Shown one piece after another: positions 61,560-64,000 of a DNA stretch of 64,000 nt. The first letter of the stretch is position 1. Each line of letters opens with the position of its first letter. Where the stretch lies: contig NC_042998.1 in assembly GCF_006345805.1 (NCBI RefSeq), positions 66,278,001 through 66,342,000 of the forward strand. The letters run 5' to 3'. Origin of the DNA: Octopus sinensis. Its lineage: Eukaryota. The notes beneath the pieces are model-generated. The model saw only the letters and a list, made by a program, of their open reading frames with translations, was not told the DNA's origin and searched no databases. The position numbers and the translations under genes were made by a program.

Positions 61560-64000
61560 GGTTGAAAATAAAAAAAACCCGTATGAATGAACGTAACACG
61601 GTCCCGAATATTTAAAATTCTTAGAAAAACCTGAAAGTAATTGGCCTTGCACTTAATGATTTCAGCTGATGATGATATTACAGTTGTCAATCACAAGTTC
61701 TATGCATCCGCTAGGACATCAATAATTCAATGTGCTGAAAATATTAGGAAACGACAACATTCCAACAAAAAGCATATTTGGCAAGAGCGTATCCGACAAC
61801 GAAATCAGTTACTTCAGCCTGACATGGAATGTTTAAAAATCTCTAAGAATGACGAGAATATCGAACCAACAAAAATCCGAAAATTAAAAAAAAAATGTAT
61901 ATGAAATCCATACTTTACATCGCTACCACTATAGAAATTATCAAACAAAAGGTATCTGCTAAAGCTGGCAGAATCGTTAGCACGCCGGGCGAAATGCAGA
62001 GTGAAATTTCGTCTGCCGTTACTTTCTGAGTTCAAATTCCGCCGAGGTCGACTTTGCCTTTCCACCTTTCGAGGTCGATTAAAATAAGTACCAGTTACGC
62101 ACTGGGATCGATATAATCGACTCAATCTCTTTGTCTGTCCTTGTTTGTCCTCTCTGTGTTTAGCCCCTTGTGGGTAATAAAGAAATAGGTATGAAAAGTG
62201 CTCTAGGTTCTTCGAGGACAACATGTTTAAGAATAAGCCAAAATATTTTACAAGAAGATAGGTAAAATGTCAGTCACAATAACGTCTGTCCCGACAAACG
62301 AAGTGCAGGAGTTTGGGAATAAAATTTGGGTAAAGTTTAAAAAGGCCCGTGGATTGATATAATATCTATTGATTCAAGCTCCTTAGAAGAGCAAAATTGG
62401 AAGGGCATGAATGTAGAGGATGTAAGATCTGCTCTCAGGAAAACAAGTAAATGGAAATCTCCAGACAAGGATAGAATGCCTAACTTCTGGTTGAATGTTT
62501 TCCTAGAGAGTCAGGAATTGCTGACAAGACTTTACAACAATGTTTTGCAGTAACCCAATATGATTCCATCTTGGAGAGTTAATGGCATTACATTTTTACT
62601 TCCGAAAAACGAAGAAACAAAAGAACTAAATTATTTTAGACCCATAACCTGCTTAAAAATAATGTATAAAATCCTGGCATATATCTTGACTGCATATACT
62701 TATAACATTTTAATAGAAAGTGGCATTTTCCCTAATGAGTAAAAAAGATATAAACGTAGGTCCAATGTTTGAAAAGATCTGCTAGTCATCAATAAGATGA
62801 TTTTGGAAGATTGTCGCAAAAAACACTAGAACTTACCAATAGTCCCGGATAGTCTATAAAAAATGCTGTTGATATTCTACCACATAGCTGGATTAAGAAC
62901 TGACTGGAGATTTATAAAATAGTACCTACTCTGCGAAATTTCTTCTCTGTAAGTATGACAGCATGGGGTACTACACGGATTTGAATAGTGACAAATAATT
63001 TTTCAATGCTGGAGATGTAAAAATGTCATGCTTCATTTTCAAATTGACTCTCTATTATCACTCCTCCTTTGTCTAGCCTTAATGCTGCTTTCGAAATTGC
63101 TCGATGGTGCATAATATGGTTATGAAATTTTTGATAAAGATGTAAATCATCTCTTTTATATAAATGATTTAAAGCTGTTTGCAAAAAATGACCAACAATT
63201 ACAGGGCTTACTAGCAACTGTAAAAAATTGCAGTGATGATATCAGGATGGAATTTGGCCTAGATAAATGTGCAAGAGATAACTTTATCAGAAGGAAAGTG
63301 ATGCAAACATCTAACGTTAAGGTTATAAATAATTTATAACCAGCAGAGGGTTACAAATATCTTGGGGTATTTCAAGCTGACGGAATCAAAACTCAATCAT
63401 GATGGGAAAGGTCAGAAAATAATGCTATCGCAGGGTAAGGGCCATACGCAAGTCAGAGCTGAACGCAAGAAACTGGAACGAAACGATCAATACTTTAGCC
63501 AAACTGTTGGTGATTTACAGTTCCAATATTATTAAGTAACTGGTCAATTACTGAAATCTGTAATCTTGACAGAAAACTACGAAAGTTGCTGATGAGAATG
63601 CATAGAATACACCACACTAAGACAGATATAGAACAACATTACCTGCCAAGAAAATCAAGCGAACATGGACATTTAGAACTAGAATTGACAAGGAAGATTG
63701 CCACAACTCGCCTACAGACCTACCTGAAAAACTTTGATGACAGGATGATTGACCTTGTCTTAAAGCATGAGAACAAGAAAACCTAATGCTCAGTATCAAA
63801 AAAGGCAAAGAAATATTTAAGTGAATTCTAAATACAACAAATCTCAAAATCATACGTGCTTAAAACAAGCGCAGGAAAAGTTAATAGTATGAATACCCTT
63901 GCTAAAACTTACTTTATATATTCTTACTGATAAATGACAAGACATGCCTCTCAGCAGCAAATACCCAAAGACAGCCAATAATGCTGATGATGACAAAGCC
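61560..64000 (+). mobile_element. Decayed R4/Dong-clade element running off the window end, interrupted by a SINE
   Basis: FKNKPKYFYKKIG, KTSKWKSPDKDRMPNFWL, GITFLLPK..YFRPITCL, DLKLFAKNDQQLQGLL..MEFGLDKCA, YKYLG and LDRKLRKLLMRMHRIHHTK; same domain order as the 1296-aa ORF; many stops. Confidence 0.9.
61962..62190 (+). mobile_element. Young OK-like SINE inserted in the R4-like remnant
   Basis: aagctggcagaatcgttagcacgccgggcgaaatgc...gagttcaaattccgccgaggtcgactttgcc...gccccttgtgggtaataaagaaatag; splits the R4-homologous sequence. Confidence 0.9.

Overview
AT-rich eukaryotic, repeat-dominated window with no host protein-coding gene that I can support. The SINE families and the (TA)n/(TG)n/(TAA)n/(TATG)n/(TAGA)n load look like an Octopus (coleoid cephalopod) genome; this is inferred from recognition of the repeats, not from a search. 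The one long real ORF (5977-9867, minus, 1296 aa) is an apparently intact R4/Dong-clade non-LTR retrotransposon (Myb-like domain, RT, CCHC knuckle, PD-(D/E)xK restriction-like endonuclease). It ends in a (TAA)12 tract and is stacked between two older same-strand relatives. A fourth decayed relative on the plus strand follows a plus-strand (TAA)n tract, which points to orientation-specific (TAA)n targeting. The rest is decayed mariner/Tc1, RTE, CR1 and Penelope-like fragments, a solo LTR, a piggyBac-type MITE and many tRNA-derived SINEs. Less ordinary signals: a minimal type-I hammerhead ribozyme and a dispersed family with hammerhead-like topology; six fold-back inverted repeats with arms up to about 365 bp; a pri-miRNA-shaped hairpin with strand-specific G-U pairs; and a compact TATA/Inr/CCAAT/GC-box promoter. 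Nearly all other ORFs in the track are microsatellite or antisense artefacts. All alignments and folds were done by eye.
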